From positions 133,787 to 197,786 of the forward strand of contig DATNEY010000027.1 in NCBI GenBank assembly GCA_035606665.1: 64,000 nt of DNA. The letters are read 5' to 3'. Within the stretch, counting starts at the first letter, position 1. Each line of letters begins with the position of its first letter. Positions 1 to 10,528 of the stretch are shown piece by piece. The stretch comes from Vicinamibacterales bacterium (GTDB lineage: Bacteria; Acidobacteriota; Vicinamibacteria; Vicinamibacterales; SCN-69-37). A program made the position numbers and the translations under genes. Below the pieces are notes generated by a model. That model searched no databases. It saw nothing but the letters and a program-made list of their open reading frames with translations, and had not been told where the DNA came from.

Positions 1-1110
1 GTAGATCGACGTCGTGGCGACGCCGAGCGCAAAGCCGAACCCGGCGGCAACCGCCAACAGGCTCATCCATGGACCCGCGAGGCTGAACAGCACTGTCCCG
101 GCCATCGAGACGGCCATCATGCCCGGCACCAGCGAACCCGCGGGAACGCGCGCGAGAAGAAACCGCGCAGCCTGATTGCCCGCGGCGCCCGCGCAGGCCG
201 TCGTCGTGAACAGTATGCCTGCGAGAAACGGTACGCGGGCGGAATCGAAACCGATCTCTTCCAGGTACAGCGGGAGGATCGGTCCGAGGCTTCGATCGAC
301 AAGCTGCAGGCCGAACACCGTCGCCATGAAGAGCAGAAAGTGCGGGTACCGCCGGAGCTCCGCGAATGTCGTTCCTGCGGGTCTTCCCGCGACTACCGGG
401 ACTCGCGGGCCGGCCTTCTCTCGATACGCCGCGAGCACGAGTGCAAACGCCGCGAGGTACACACCCGCTGACACGATGAACGATCGCCGCAGGCCGAGCG
501 CCTGTGCCAGTGCTCCTCCGATGACGGGACCGAGCGCGGGTCCGAGGCGCTGCGCGGTCTGCACCCAGCCGATCGCCGTCGCCACTTCATCCGGCGGCGC
601 GGACTCTGCTGCCATCGTCAATGCGATTGGCCCGTACCCGGCGAAGAACCCCTGAATGATGCGCAGCACGAGCACGTGCCAGGGCGCCGTCACGAATGCC
701 ATGAGCGCCATGATCACGAAGAAGCTGAACAGCGAGCGCGCGACCATCATCTTCCGGCCGAAACGATCGGCCAGCCTCGCCCAGACGGGCGCCATCGCTG
801 CCGTGATCGCGGGAGTGACACCGAGGCAGACGCCAGACCAGACGGCCACGGCCGACGTGTCCTTGACGCCGAGCTGGCCGAAATACAGGGGCAGGAAGGG
901 CATCACCAGCGTGAAGCCGGCGAATCCCATGAATGTGGCGGTGGTGACGGCCGCCTGGTTGCGGCGCCAGTCTAGGTTTGGCCGGGGGCCTTCGTCCCGC
1001 CGGACCCCCTCGCGCCGTTCGCTCGCGGGGGCCGCTTCGCCCCGCTCCGCTCCGCCGGCTCGCTCGTGTCCTCGCTCGCCGAGATCAGAACCGGATTCGG
1101 AGATCGTCAT
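1..1110 (-). CDS. MFS transporter (MdtG/YceE-like); C-terminus runs off the left window edge
   Basis: Not in the supplied ORF track because there is no stop inside the window. My own minus-strand translation from ATG 1110-1108 stays open to position 1 (370 codons). It reads ...[36 protein letters not shown]...[10 protein letters not shown]...[10 protein letters not shown]..., typical MFS TM1 and loop motifs. Track ORFs 176..655 and 656..1288 (+) are its antisense shadow. ATG 1110 is the only in-frame start upstream of TM1 and overlaps the glpX stop by 26 nt. Confidence 0.7.
   Translation of the reverse strand, partial: MTISESGSDLGERGHERAGGAERGEAAPASERREGVRRDEGPRPNLDWRRNQAAVTTATFMGFAGFTLVMPFLPLYFGQLGVKDTSAVAVWSGVCLGVTPAITAAMAPVWARLADRFGRKMMVARSLFSFFVIMALMAFVTAPWHVLVLRIIQGFFAGYGPIALTMAAESAPPDEVATAIGWVQTAQRLGPALGPVIGGALAQALGLRRSFIVSAGVYLAAFALVLAAYREKAGPRVPVVAGRPAGTTFAELRRYPHFLLFMATVFGLQLVDRSLGPILPLYLEEIGFDSARVPFLAGILFTTTACAGAAGNQAARFLLARVPAGSLVPGMMAVSMAGTVLFSLAGPWMSLLAVAAGFGFALGVATTSIY
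981..1060. repeat. GC-rich repeat element, copy A, inside the predicted 5' coding region of the MFS gene
   Basis: See copy B. About 40 nt are nearly identical by eye, followed by weaker similarity. Confidence 0.6.
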
Positions 1111-2104
1111 CCGTGCGGCGGACGTGGATGGTGTCAATGAAACGGATCAGATGCGGATCGCTCTGCATGACGATCGAGCTGGTACTGATGCCATGACCGA
1201 AGAACCTGACACCGCGCATGAGAGTGCCGTCCGTGACGCCCGTGGCGACAAACGTCATCGCGTCGCCGCATGCCAGGTCGCCGGCTGAGTAGATGCGCTT
1301 CGTGTCGGTAATGCCCATCGCGTGGCAGCGGGTTTCGTGCTCAGGCTTCGAAACAACGAGGCGCGCGTAGATTTCGCCGCCGAGACAACGCATCGCCGCT
1401 GCGGTGAGCACGCCCTCCGGGGCGCCGCCGGTGCCCATCACGGCGTGTACTCCCGACCCGTCCACTGCCGCGGCGATGCCGGCGGAGAGATCGCCGTCGC
1501 CGATGAGCCGAATCCTCGCGCCGGCCGCCCGGATGTCGGCGATGAGTTTCTCGTGGCGCGGCCGATCCAGCACCATGATCACGAGATCTTCGATCTTGCG
1601 ATCGAGCGACTTCGCGATCGACTTCAAGTTCTGCTTCACGGGGCGATCGAGACTCACGGCGTGCTTGGCCCTGGGGCCCACGACCAGCTTCTCCATGTAG
1701 AGGTCCGGCGCGTGCAGGAGACCGCCACGATTCGATGCGGCGAGCACCGCCAGTGCGTTTGCGGCGCCGGTGGCGCAGAGATTCGTGCCCTCGAGCGGAT
1801 CGACCGCGATGTCGACCTGCGGCAGCCCCTTTTCTCCCTTGGCGCCGCGACCCACGCGCTCCCCGATGTAGAGCATCGGCGCCTCGTCGCGCTCGCCTTC
1901 CCCGATGACGATAGTGCCGTCAATGCGGACGTCGTCCAGCGTCTTCCGCATCGCTTCAACGGCGGCGCGATCCGATGCCTGCCAATTCCCCTGGCCCATC
2001 GTGTGCGCGCACGCGATGGCCGCCTGTTCGACGACGCGCATGAGCTCGAGTGACAGGTCGGCGTTCCGATCGGGTCTACGGGTAGCCTTGGCCATCGTCT
2101 TCAC
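1085..2104 (-). CDS. glpX: Fructose-1,6-bisphosphatase class II
   Basis: 339-aa ORF with blocks [27 protein letters not shown] and [24 protein letters not shown], characteristic of GlpX. Confidence 0.9.
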   Translation of the reverse strand: MKTMAKATRRPDRNADLSLELMRVVEQAAIACAHTMGQGNWQASDRAAVEAMRKTLDDVRIDGTIVIGEGERDEAPMLYIGERVGRGAKGEKGLPQVDIAVDPLEGTNLCATGAANALAVLAASNRGGLLHAPDLYMEKLVVGPRAKHAVSLDRPVKQNLKSIAKSLDRKIEDLVIMVLDRPRHEKLIADIRAAGARIRLIGDGDLSAGIAAAVDGSGVHAVMGTGGAPEGVLTAAAMRCLGGEIYARLVVSKPEHETRCHAMGITDTKRIYSAGDLACGDAMTFVATGVTDGTLMRGVRFFGHGISTSSIVMQSDPHLIRFIDTIHVRRTDDDLRIRF

Positions 2105-2114
2105 GGGCGTGAGT

Positions 2115-2933
2115 TCACGCGCGCCTCAACTCGACGAGATCGCCGACCGACACGCCGAGCTCGGCCGCGGCGCTCGACGCGTGCGCCGAGCACTCGAGGT
2201 GGTCCGTGCTCCCGAACAGGGCGCCGATCTCTCCGGCGGCGATGTCGGCGTAGGTCGAGACGATGCGTGGAATCGCCTGGCCGCGGACGGTCAGCTGCAG
2301 CGGGATCTGCCCGCCGGTCATTTTCTCGTAGGACTTCCGGTCGATGTTCGTGATCACGTTGCCGAATCGATCGACGCGGATCACGCGCCCGCTGAGAACG
2401 CCGTTCTCGATCGCGGGCATCGGGAGATCGAGCATGCGGTAGTCGGTGACGGCACGGCCGAATGCGTTGAGGTCCGTTCCCTTCGCTATCCACGCCGCTG
2501 CGGGCGCGAACCGATCGCGTCCCTCAAAAGTGCGGCTCACGGTGGGCCTGGCGAATCGGCGTTCGGTCAGTTCGACCACACGCTTCGGCGGCGTCTCCCT
2601 GAACACTGCCGTCAGGACGCCGTTATCAGGCGCGACGAACCGGCGATCGCCCACCTCGGCGGCGATTCCTCTGCGCGCGGTGCCGACTCCGGGGTCCACG
2701 ACGACCAGAAAAATGCTGCCTGGAGGAAAGTACTTCGACGTCGCCGCGAGCTCATGGGCGGCGAGCGCGATGTCGTGCGGTGGAAGATCGTGGGAGATGT
2801 CCACGAGCGTGACATCCGGGCAGATCCCCAGAATCACACCCTTCATGACGCCCGCATAGTGATCCTGCGAGCCAAAATCCGTGAGAAGCGCGATGACCGG
2901 CCGGGCCATGACCGGGTAGTGTACCCCGGCCAA
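2115..2933 (-). CDS. SAM hydrolase / SAM hydroxide adenosyltransferase family protein (DUF62, chlorinase/fluorinase-like)
   Basis: [37 protein letters not shown]. The start may be the internal [13 protein letters not shown] (about 2909). Confidence 0.85.
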   Translation of the reverse strand: MAGVHYPVMARPVIALLTDFGSQDHYAGVMKGVILGICPDVTLVDISHDLPPHDIALAAHELAATSKYFPPGSIFLVVVDPGVGTARRGIAAEVGDRRFVAPDNGVLTAVFRETPPKRVVELTERRFARPTVSRTFEGRDRFAPAAAWIAKGTDLNAFGRAVTDYRMLDLPMPAIENGVLSGRVIRVDRFGNVITNIDRKSYEKMTGGQIPLQLTVRGQAIPRIVSTYADIAAGEIGALFGSTDHLECSAHASSAAAELGVSVGDLVELRRA

Positions 2934-2940
2934 TCGCCAG

Positions 2941-3564
2941 TCACCCCTTTCGGAGAAGGATCTCCCGTCGCTGGCTCTTGAGCAGCACCGACTCCATCAC
3001 CTTGGCGCCCGTGAACATCGCCGCCAGGTCACGGGTCGAGAGCACGCAGCGCTTTCGCGGCGCGATCGACTCGTGACGGCATTGAAGGCTCGTTGGACTC
3101 TGGATGACGTAGCGCGTGTACTGGTCTACGGTTCCCGGGGCGGTTGCGAAGTAGCCGTGCACGACGCCTCCCGGGCGGAGGCGGGCCGCCAGGAATTCCG
3201 CCACGGCCTGCGCCGTCGGCCGATCGAGATAGTCGAAGGCATCCCAGCACAGCACCGCGTCGATCTGCCCCGTCACGGTGCGCTCGAGCCGCGCCACAAG
3301 AGACGTCCGCACTCCATCGCCGCCCGCATCCCGCACTTCGTGGAAGAGGTCGCCGATGAGCAGTTTGCACGCGAGCTGCTCGCCCAGGAACGACACGTTG
3401 GCCCCTACCGCCGGACCCAAGTCCAGCAGTACGGGCGCTTGACGTGGCGCAAGGGCCGTGAGGAAACGCTGCAGAACGACAGTGGCGACAGTGGTTTCGA
3501 GCGGACGCTCGGGTGCCGGCGGTTCAACCGGCCGCTTCGCGCCCCACCCAAACAATCCGGCCAC
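2941..3564 (-). CDS. Class I SAM-dependent methyltransferase (substrate unknown)
   Basis: VLLDLGPAVGAN (motif I-like), VLCWDAFDYLD, RLRPGGVVHG. Lies in the same minus-strand gene string as the bactofilin and the SAM hydrolase. Confidence 0.55.
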   Translation of the reverse strand: MAGLFGWGAKRPVEPPAPERPLETTVATVVLQRFLTALAPRQAPVLLDLGPAVGANVSFLGEQLACKLLIGDLFHEVRDAGGDGVRTSLVARLERTVTGQIDAVLCWDAFDYLDRPTAQAVAEFLAARLRPGGVVHGYFATAPGTVDQYTRYVIQSPTSLQCRHESIAPRKRCVLSTRDLAAMFTGAKVMESVLLKSQRREILLRKG

Positions 3565-3588
3565 TGCGCCCCGTCCTTTGCGCGATCG

Positions 3589-4134
3589 CTACCGCGCGAC
3601 GCCGACCGGCGCCGGAGCAGGTGTCGCGGCCGGCGCGGGCGCAGGCGACGCGGCGGCGACGGCTGGCTTCGCCTCGCCCTTCTCGCCACCCTTGGCCTGC
3701 TGCATGTCGATGCTGCCGCGGAAGTGCGCGCCGTCGGCAATCGCCACGCGCGGAGAAGACAGATCGCCTTCGACGGATCCCTTGTCGCGGATCTCGATCT
3801 TCTCGCTCGTCGCGATGTTGCCCTGGACGCTGCCTTCGACCACCACCGCGCGCGCGAGCACCTGCGCCTTGATCTTCGCGTTGGGGCCGATCGTCAGCAC
3901 GTTCTGGCGGAGCTCGATCTTGCCTTCGACCTGACCTTCGATCGTCAGGTCTTCGCTGCCGCTCAACTCACCTTTGATGATCACGCTTTTCCCGATGTTC
4001 ACGTTGCTCTTCTCCTGTTGCACGGGTTCGACGCGAGGGGTGGATGGGACTGGGATTGCCTGAGCAACCACCGGCGACGACGCCGGCGGAGCAACCGGCT
4101 GTGGGGGCCGGGGGGCTTCTTCACGCTTCCACAT
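3589..4134 (-). CDS. Bactofilin (polymer-forming cytoskeletal protein)
   Basis: Repetitive beta-helix core (NIGKSVIIKGELSGSEDLTIEGQVEGKIEL...VVEGSVQGNI...IEIRDKGSVEGDL...AIADGAHFRGSIDM) flanked by Pro/Ala-rich tails. Confidence 0.85.
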   Translation of the reverse strand: MWKREEAPRPPQPVAPPASSPVVAQAIPVPSTPRVEPVQQEKSNVNIGKSVIIKGELSGSEDLTIEGQVEGKIELRQNVLTIGPNAKIKAQVLARAVVVEGSVQGNIATSEKIEIRDKGSVEGDLSSPRVAIADGAHFRGSIDMQQAKGGEKGEAKPAVAAASPAPAPAATPAPAPVGVAR

Positions 4135-4198
4135 GTGACTACTCCAATTGCTGAAACTGAGGGTTCGACGACGTCTGCTCTACCTATCGGCCAAAGAC

Positions 4199-4247
4199 GC
4201 CGGGGCTGAAGCCCCGGCCCACGTCGGCCGGTCCTTTAGGGCCGGCC
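4199..4247. repeat. Twin GC-rich stem-loop (REP-like) element with loops TGAA and TTTA
   Basis: GCCGGGGC-TGAA-GCCCCGGC (4199-4218), then GGCCGGTCC-TTTA-GGGCCGGCC (4226-4247). The same architecture occurs at 44075-44136. Confidence 0.5.
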
Positions 4248-4268
4248 CCTGCTACGATCACCAAGATC

Positions 4269-5432
4269 GTGCGGATTTACCTCGACTATAACGCCACAAC
4301 GCCACCTGCGCCCGAAGTTATCGAAGCAATGGCTGATTCCCTGCGCGACGACTTCGGGAACCCGTCGTCTGTGCACACCTTCGGCCAGCAGGCAAAGGCG
4401 GCGCTGGACCGCGCGCGGACGGCCACAGCGGCCCTGATCGACGCGGCAGGTGCAGAAATTGTGCTCACTTCCGGCGGTACTGAGGCCGACAACCTGGCCC
4501 TCCGGGGGGCCTTCGAGGCCCGGCGCACGTCGGGACGTCGTCGGATCGTGACCACGGGGATCGAGCACGAGGCGATTCTCAAGACGGCCCAGGCCCTCGC
4601 AGCTCAGGGCGCGGAGGTCGTCGTGATCCCGGCGACCAGTCGCGGTGTGATTGACCCCGCCGAGGTCGCCTCAGCCGTCGATGCCAATACCTGCCTGGTC
4701 TCGGTGATGCTCGCGAACAACGAAATTGGAACCGTGCAGCCCGTTGCCGAGCTGGCAGAACATTGCCGGGCTCAGGGTGCGCTGCTCCACACCGACGCGG
4801 TTCAGGCCGCGGGCAAGCTGCCCATCTCCGTCACGGCGCTCGGCATCGACATGCTGTCGTTGTCCGCCCATAAGTTCGCTGGTCCCAAGGGCGCCGGCGC
4901 ACTCTGGATTCGGCGGGGCGTCCGGCTTGCGGCGCAGTCCACCGGTGGCCGGCAGGAGCGCAATCGCCGGGCCGGAACGGAAAACGTCCCGGCACTGGTC
5001 GGCATGGGCGTCGCCGCGTCGCTCGCCAAGTCTCACCTCGATGATGCCCCGGCCGTTCGGAGACTCCGGGACCGCCTCGAGTCAGCAATCCTCGCCAACG
5101 TTCCAGGCACAATCGTGAACGGCGCCGACGCGGATCGCGTGCCGAATACCACCAACATCAGTTTCGACGGCATCGAGGCCGAGTCGTTGTTGATCGCGCT
5201 CGACCTCGAGGGCGTGGCGGTGTCGACGGGCTCGGCCTGCTCGTCGGGCTCGCTCGAGCCATCTCACGTGCTCCGCGCGATGGGACTGCCCAACAACCGG
5301 GCACGGAATTCCCTGCGCTTCAGTCTGGGCACACCGACTACGGAGGCCGAGATTGATTTCGTCGCCGGCGTGCTGCCGGGACTCGTCGCGAAGCTGCGCC
5401 GCCTCGGCCGGCCAATGGAGGCCGTGCGGTAG
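4269..5432 (+). CDS. Cysteine desulfurase (NifS/IscS family)
   Basis: [35 protein letters not shown] (PLP lysine), STGSACSSG (catalytic Cys loop). The GTG start is taken from the track. Its stop lies 2 nt before mnmA. Confidence 0.9.
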   Translation: MRIYLDYNATTPPAPEVIEAMADSLRDDFGNPSSVHTFGQQAKAALDRARTATAALIDAAGAEIVLTSGGTEADNLALRGAFEARRTSGRRRIVTTGIEHEAILKTAQALAAQGAEVVVIPATSRGVIDPAEVASAVDANTCLVSVMLANNEIGTVQPVAELAEHCRAQGALLHTDAVQAAGKLPISVTALGIDMLSLSAHKFAGPKGAGALWIRRGVRLAAQSTGGRQERNRRAGTENVPALVGMGVAASLAKSHLDDAPAVRRLRDRLESAILANVPGTIVNGADADRVPNTTNISFDGIEAESLLIALDLEGVAVSTGSACSSGSLEPSHVLRAMGLPNNRARNSLRFSLGTPTTEAEIDFVAGVLPGLVAKLRRLGRPMEAVR

Positions 5433-5434
5433 CC

Positions 5435-6499
5435 ATGCGCGTTGTCGTTGCGATGTCTGGAGGCGTCGACTCGTCGGTCGCGGCCGCGCTCGTGGCCGAG
5501 GCCGGTCACGACGTCATCGGCCTCTCGATGCAGCTCTACGATCAGCGGGCGTCCCCGGAGGCGTTCGGATCCTGTTGCAGCATCGACGACCTCCACGACG
5601 CGAGGCGCGTCGCGGCGGCCGTGGGATTCCCCCACTACATCCTCAATCTGGAACAGGAGTTCCGGCGGACCGTGGTCGAGAATTTCGTCACGGAGTACGC
5701 GTCGGGCCGCACGCCAATCCCGTGCGTCCACTGCAACGCGGACCTGAAGTTCTCCACGCTCGTGAACCGCGCGGCCGGCTTCGAGGCGAACGCGGTCGCG
5801 ACTGGTCACTACGCCCGTGTGACTTTCGACGAGGACGTCCGCCGCTACCGGCTCTGGCGCAGCGTCGATCGCGACAAGGATCAGTCCTACTTCCTGTTCT
5901 CACTGACGCAGGACCAGCTCGCCCACGCGATGTTTCCCGTGGGCCATCTCCGCAAGCCTGAGGTTCGCGAACACGCCCGGCGCCTTGGCCTCGTCGTTGC
6001 CGACAAGCCGGACAGTCACGAAATCTGTTTCGTGCCGGATGGTGACGCGGCGGGCTTCGTCGATCGACAGCTCGACGGGACGGATCGGGCGGGAGAAATC
6101 GTGGATTCGGGCGGCAAGGTCGTCGGGCGCCATCGCGGCATCCACCGGCTCACGGTCGGCCAGAGAAAGGGTCTCGGCCTGGCGACCGGTACGCCGATGT
6201 ACGTGCTCAAGCTCGAGCCCGCCGAGTCGCGCGTCGTCGTTGGTACTCGCGACGAGCTCGGCGGCCGTTCGCTGATCGCACGTGATGTGAACTGGATCTC
6301 AGGCACGCCGCCGGACGGGCCGGTGCGACTGACCGCGCGCATCCGCCACCGTCATCAGGACGCGCCGGCATTGGTCACGCCTACGGACGCCGGGCACGCG
6401 CAGGTGGAATTCGACGACCCGCAGATGGCGATCGCGCCGGGTCAGGCGGTTGTCTTCTATGACGGAGACGAGGTTGTTGGCGGAGGGTGGATCGACTGA
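5435..6499 (+). CDS. mnmA: tRNA 2-thiouridine(34) synthase
   Basis: PP-loop [31 protein letters not shown]. Length is typical at 354 aa. Confidence 0.92.
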   Translation: MRVVVAMSGGVDSSVAAALVAEAGHDVIGLSMQLYDQRASPEAFGSCCSIDDLHDARRVAAAVGFPHYILNLEQEFRRTVVENFVTEYASGRTPIPCVHCNADLKFSTLVNRAAGFEANAVATGHYARVTFDEDVRRYRLWRSVDRDKDQSYFLFSLTQDQLAHAMFPVGHLRKPEVREHARRLGLVVADKPDSHEICFVPDGDAAGFVDRQLDGTDRAGEIVDSGGKVVGRHRGIHRLTVGQRKGLGLATGTPMYVLKLEPAESRVVVGTRDELGGRSLIARDVNWISGTPPDGPVRLTARIRHRHQDAPALVTPTDAGHAQVEFDDPQMAIAPGQAVVFYDGDEVVGGGWID

Positions 6500-6504
6500 A
6501 CCTA

Positions 6505-6556
6505 CAACCAACAACCTGCAACCAACAATTCAACGGCAGGTTGCCGGTTGCTGGTT
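6505..6556. terminator. Imperfect hairpin built from heptamer repeats between convergent mnmA and trxB
   Basis: The left arm (CAACCAA CAACCTG CAACCAA) pairs with the right arm (CAGGTTG CCGGTTG CTGGTT). One of the two arm mismatches becomes a G-U pair in the minus-strand (trxB) transcript. Confidence 0.5.
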
Positions 6557-6559
6557 AAG

Positions 6560-7483
6560 TCAATGTGCAAGAAAGCGTTCTGCGTCCAGCGCAGCCATGC
6601 ATCCCGATCCGGCGGCGGTAATGGCCTGTCTGTAGATGTGATCCTGAACGTCGCCGCAGGCAAACACTCCCGGGACGTTCGTCTTCGCGCCATTCGACGT
6701 GATCAGATAGCCCGACTCATCCATCGCGAGCTGGCCGGCGAACAGTGATGTGTTCGGCGTGTGGCCGATCGCCACGAACACGCCATCGACCGGCAGCGTC
6801 TTTTCCTCGCCAGTCCTGAGGTTCCGAAGATGCATGCCCGTGACGGCGCCGGAGCCACCGTCCTCGATCGAGAGAACTTCCGAGTCCCACTCGAAGGAGA
6901 TCTTCGGATTGGCGAAGGCCTTGTCCTGCATGATCTTCGACGCTCGCAGCGTGTCACGGCGATGGACGAGCGTGACGTGCGTCGCGAAGCGGGTCAGAAA
7001 TGTCGCCTCTTCGACCGCCGAATCGCCGCCGCCCACGACCGCGATTGGCTTTCCACGGAAGAAAAAACCGTCGCAGGTCGCGCACGTCGATACGCCATGC
7101 CCCATGAGCTTCCGTTCGGATGGCAGCCCGAGAAGTTTCGCGGATGCGCCTGTCGCGACGATCACCGTCCGCGCCAGCACGACACCGTCGCCGGTCGTGA
7201 TCCTGAAGGGCCTCGCTGACAAATCGACCTCGGAGACGTTGCCCTGCACCATCTCCGCGCCGAACCGGGCGGCCTGCGCCCGCATCGACGCCATCAGATC
7301 CGGCCCCATGACTCCCTCAGTGAAGCCGGGAAAGTTCTCGACGGCAGTGGTGATCATCAGCTGTCCACCCGCCTCGAGTCCCTCGATGACGAGTGGGGAA
7401 AGGTTGGCGCGAGCTGTGTAAAGCGCGGCGGTCAGGCCCGCGGGGCCGGACCCGATGATGACGACGTTACGGGGTGCGGACAC
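6560..7483 (-). CDS. trxB: Thioredoxin-disulfide reductase
   Basis: [14 protein letters not shown] (FAD), CATCDG (redox CxxC), [12 protein letters not shown] (NADPH). Confidence 0.92.
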   Translation of the reverse strand: MSAPRNVVIIGSGPAGLTAALYTARANLSPLVIEGLEAGGQLMITTAVENFPGFTEGVMGPDLMASMRAQAARFGAEMVQGNVSEVDLSARPFRITTGDGVVLARTVIVATGASAKLLGLPSERKLMGHGVSTCATCDGFFFRGKPIAVVGGGDSAVEEATFLTRFATHVTLVHRRDTLRASKIMQDKAFANPKISFEWDSEVLSIEDGGSGAVTGMHLRNLRTGEEKTLPVDGVFVAIGHTPNTSLFAGQLAMDESGYLITSNGAKTNVPGVFACGDVQDHIYRQAITAAGSGCMAALDAERFLAH

Positions 7484-7490
7484 GGCGCGG

Positions 7491-7820
7491 TTAGATATGG
7501 CGGTCGAGCATCTGCTTCAGCGTGCCCTTGTCCACCAGTCCGACGACCTGGTCGACGATCTGGCCTCCCTTGAAGAGCATGACCGTCGGGATGCCGCGAA
7601 CCATGTAGCGCATCGTGATGTTCGGATTGTCGTCAACGTTCAGTTTGCCGACCGCGACCTTACCCACATAGTCGGCCGCGACTGAATTGATGGCCGGTTC
7701 CATCGCGCGGCAGGGGCCGCACCATTCGGCCCAGAAATCCACGAGGACCGGGCTGGACGCTTTGAGCACGTCGGAATCAAAGTTGCCGTCGGTGTAGGTC
7801 TGCACGTTTTCGGAAGCCAT
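7491..7820 (-). CDS. trxA: Thioredoxin
   Basis: WAEWCGPC active site. I place the start at the internal MASENVQTY (ATG 7820-7818); the track ORF extends to 7916. Confidence 0.9.
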   Translation of the reverse strand: MASENVQTYTDGNFDSDVLKASSPVLVDFWAEWCGPCRAMEPAINSVAADYVGKVAVGKLNVDDNPNITMRYMVRGIPTVMLFKGGQIVDQVVGLVDKGTLKQMLDRHI

Positions 7821-7860
7821 CTCGTCTCGGGCCTTTCCCCTTTGAACATCGAACCGTTCT

Positions 7861-9312
7861 TCACGTCTCCAGGAGGGCCGCTCGAATCGCGCGCGCCCGC
7901 CGGTACACTTTGACATATTCCCGCGCCGGGTTGGACCACGAATGATCGACGGCCATCCCGTTCAGCATGAGGCGATGCCAGACCGGCTTGTCGTGATACA
8001 GCCGCGCCGCTCGCCGCACCGTTTGGACGAACATCTCCACGGATGGGTGTCGAAACTTGAATCCATTGGCGCTCTGCGCCTTGGGCGTGTAGCCGTGAAC
8101 CGTGTCGTCGAGACCGCCTACGGCCCTGACGATCGGGACCGTTCCATACCTCAGGCTGTACATCTGATTCAGGCCGCAAGGCTCGAACTCTGACGGCATC
8201 AGGAAAATGTCGGCGCCGGCTTCAACGAGATGCGCGAGGCGCTCGTCGAAGCCAACCTTCACCGCCACTCTCGCCGGATGCGCCGCGGCGAGACCCGCCA
8301 GCGCGCGCTCGTATCGGGGCTCACCGGTCCCAAGAAACAGAAACGTGGCGTCCATGGCGGCCAGCTCCTCCGCCCCGCCGATGACGAGGTCCAGTCCCTT
8401 CTGCGCGACAAGACGCGACACCATTCCAATGACCGGACGACCGAGCGCGTCGTCTCCCATCGGCAGTCCGAAGCTGGCGAGCAGCGCGCGCTTGCACTCA
8501 CGCTTGCCGCTGAGATCGCCCGCATTGAAATGGGCAGGCAGAAACGGATCGGTCGCCGGATTCCAGAGATCCGTGTCAATTCCGTTCAGGATGCCCAGGT
8601 AGCGCCGGCCGAGAGCGCGCAGCACGCCGTCCATACCGGCTCCCGCCTCCTTTGTCCGCGTCTCTTCGGCATACGTGGGACTGACCGTCGTGACGTAATC
8701 CGCACTGGTGAGTCCCGCTTTGAGAAAACTGAACTTGCCCCAGAACTCTCCCGAATCCATTGTGAAGACCGACCACGGTAGACCAAGGGCGGGAACCGTT
8801 TCCTTCGGAAACACTCCCTGATAGGCAAGGTTGTGAATCGTCATCACAACTCCAGCGCCGGCGAGCGCTGGCCACCGCGGATCGTGTTCCAAACGGACGG
8901 GAATCAATCCGGTCTGCCAGTCGTGAACGTGCACGACGTCCACCGGCGGCCAGCCCGATTCTGCTTCCGCGAAGTCGAGCGCGGCATTGGAGAACGCAGC
9001 GAAGCGCCTGGCGTTGTCCGGATAGTCGGCGCCACGCTCTCCGTACAGGGCCTCGCGATTGAAGTACGCCGGAGCATCGACAAACACGGATCGACGACGG
9101 GGAGAATGGTCCAGTTGGTGATAGGTGATCCCATTGCGGCCACCGGGGACCACTCGAGCCCCAGGCGGATTGACCGACCGGTACTTTGGGATGACGACGG
9201 TAACGGCATGTCCGAGCGACTCGACCGCGGCCGGAAGCGCGCCGACGACGTCCGCCAGACCACCGGTCTTGGCCCAGGGCGCGGCCTCGGACGCCACCAT
9301 GAGGACGTGCAT
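7861..9312 (-). CDS. glgA: Glycogen synthase
   Basis: MHVLMVASEAAPWAKTGGLADVVGALP (KTGGL motif). C-terminal GT1 blocks are present. The start is set at MHVLMV; the track ORF extends to 9372. Confidence 0.9.
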   Translation of the reverse strand: MHVLMVASEAAPWAKTGGLADVVGALPAAVESLGHAVTVVIPKYRSVNPPGARVVPGGRNGITYHQLDHSPRRRSVFVDAPAYFNREALYGERGADYPDNARRFAAFSNAALDFAEAESGWPPVDVVHVHDWQTGLIPVRLEHDPRWPALAGAGVVMTIHNLAYQGVFPKETVPALGLPWSVFTMDSGEFWGKFSFLKAGLTSADYVTTVSPTYAEETRTKEAGAGMDGVLRALGRRYLGILNGIDTDLWNPATDPFLPAHFNAGDLSGKRECKRALLASFGLPMGDDALGRPVIGMVSRLVAQKGLDLVIGGAEELAAMDATFLFLGTGEPRYERALAGLAAAHPARVAVKVGFDERLAHLVEAGADIFLMPSEFEPCGLNQMYSLRYGTVPIVRAVGGLDDTVHGYTPKAQSANGFKFRHPSVEMFVQTVRRAARLYHDKPVWHRLMLNGMAVDHSWSNPAREYVKVYRRARAIRAALLET

Positions 9313-9377
9313 CCGGGGAGCCGGCCCGGAAATGCTCACGGGCACAACTCGCCGCCGATCGTGAGGTGTCACGCGTC

Positions 9378-9431
9378 AAAGCTTATCGGGGTCAGACCCC
9401 GAACTGCAGGGGTCTGACCCCGATAAGCTTT
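9378..9431 (-). terminator. Perfect 23-bp stem hairpin downstream of the carboxypeptidase gene
   Basis: AAAGCTTATCGGGGTCAGACCCC-GAACTGCA-GGGGTCTGACCCCGATAAGCTTT. Confidence 0.6.
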
Positions 9432-9442
9432 GCCCCGATCAG

Positions 9443-10528
9443 TTACTGGATTTCCAGCGCGGGCCCGGACGGCTGCTCGCCGCCGCTGATGCCGGCCCAG
9501 CGGCCGACGACCCAATTGAAGAGGTGACGCGCTTCCCAGAAGCGGGTCGTGCTGTTCGACGCTCCGAGCACCACCACCGCCACCTGCGGTCCCTGTGGAA
9601 TCCGGAGGAGAGTTGCGAGGCAGTACCCCGCCTTGGAAATGAACCCTGTCTTGCCGCCGACTACATCCATCCCGGTGCCGAGCAGCCTGTTCGTGCTGTG
9701 AATAGGAATGGTGCGCGTCTTGGTGCGGACCTCGTACTCCTGCGTCCGCATGATGGGGCCGAGGACGGGATCGGCGCCGGCGTACGTGATGACGTGCGAG
9801 ATGTCATAGGCCGACGAGACGTTGCGCGCGTCCAGGCCCGACGGATCCGCGTAGCTGGTATTCGCCATGCCGAGATTCACGGCCATCTCGTTCATGCGGC
9901 CAACGAAAGCCGCCGTTCCGCCTTCGGACGTCCGCGCCAACACCCGGGCCGCGGCGTTGTCCGACGCGATCAGCGTCAGATGCAGAAGGTCGCGATAGCT
10001 CAGCCGGTCTCCGGCCTTGAGGTGGGTCACCGAGGCGGCGCGCATGTCCGTCGCGGTCACCGCAACGACCTGCTCGAGGTCCGGCTCGTCGGCGACGAAG
10101 GTCACGGCCGTCATGAGCTTGGTCAGGCTCGCAATTGAGCGCTGGTCATGGGCGTTCTGCTCCCACAGGACGGCGTTCGTCTGGGGATCGAACACGATGG
10201 CCGCCGCCGCCCTGACTTCCGGAATCTGGTTACCGAGCAGGTCGCGCCGGTATTTCGGCGTCATCGCCTCCTGCTCGACGCGGGCCCGTTCCCGCGCTCG
10301 GGCCGCCGCCACCCTCCGCGCCCGTTCCGCCGCGGCCGCCCTCGCCTTCGCCAGGCTCGACCGGGTCGTGGTCGTCGATGCCTTCGGAGCGGGTGTCGGT
10401 GCGCCGGCAGTCGATGCCGGCTTCTTGGTGGAAGTTGACTGGGCCGACGCGCCAATGCCCCCGCCAACGAGGGCGCAGACGGCCGTTACGACAGCCACCA
10501 GTGATGTTTTTGCGGCTTTGACTTGCAC
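9443..10528 (-). CDS. D-alanyl-D-alanine carboxypeptidase/endopeptidase (peptidase S11, PBP5/PbpG-like)
   Basis: Signal peptide, SLTK (SxxK), SDN (SxN), KTG in GGKTGF. Confidence 0.85.
   Translation of the reverse strand: MQVKAAKTSLVAVVTAVCALVGGGIGASAQSTSTKKPASTAGAPTPAPKASTTTTRSSLAKARAAAAERARRVAAARARERARVEQEAMTPKYRRDLLGNQIPEVRAAAAIVFDPQTNAVLWEQNAHDQRSIASLTKLMTAVTFVADEPDLEQVVAVTATDMRAASVTHLKAGDRLSYRDLLHLTLIASDNAAARVLARTSEGGTAAFVGRMNEMAVNLGMANTSYADPSGLDARNVSSAYDISHVITYAGADPVLGPIMRTQEYEVRTKTRTIPIHSTNRLLGTGMDVVGGKTGFISKAGYCLATLLRIPQGPQVAVVVLGASNSTTRFWEARHLFNWVVGRWAGISGGEQPSGPALEIQ

Noticed and set aside
176-1288. Plus-strand ORFs 176..655 and 656..1288
   Set aside because: They are Ala/Arg/Ser/Thr-rich antisense translations of the minus-strand MFS transporter gene, which gives an unambiguous MFS sequence.
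3073-4209. 378-aa plus-strand ORF
   Set aside because: It spans two well-supported minus-strand genes (methyltransferase and bactofilin) on the opposite strand, and its composition is Arg-rich nonsense.
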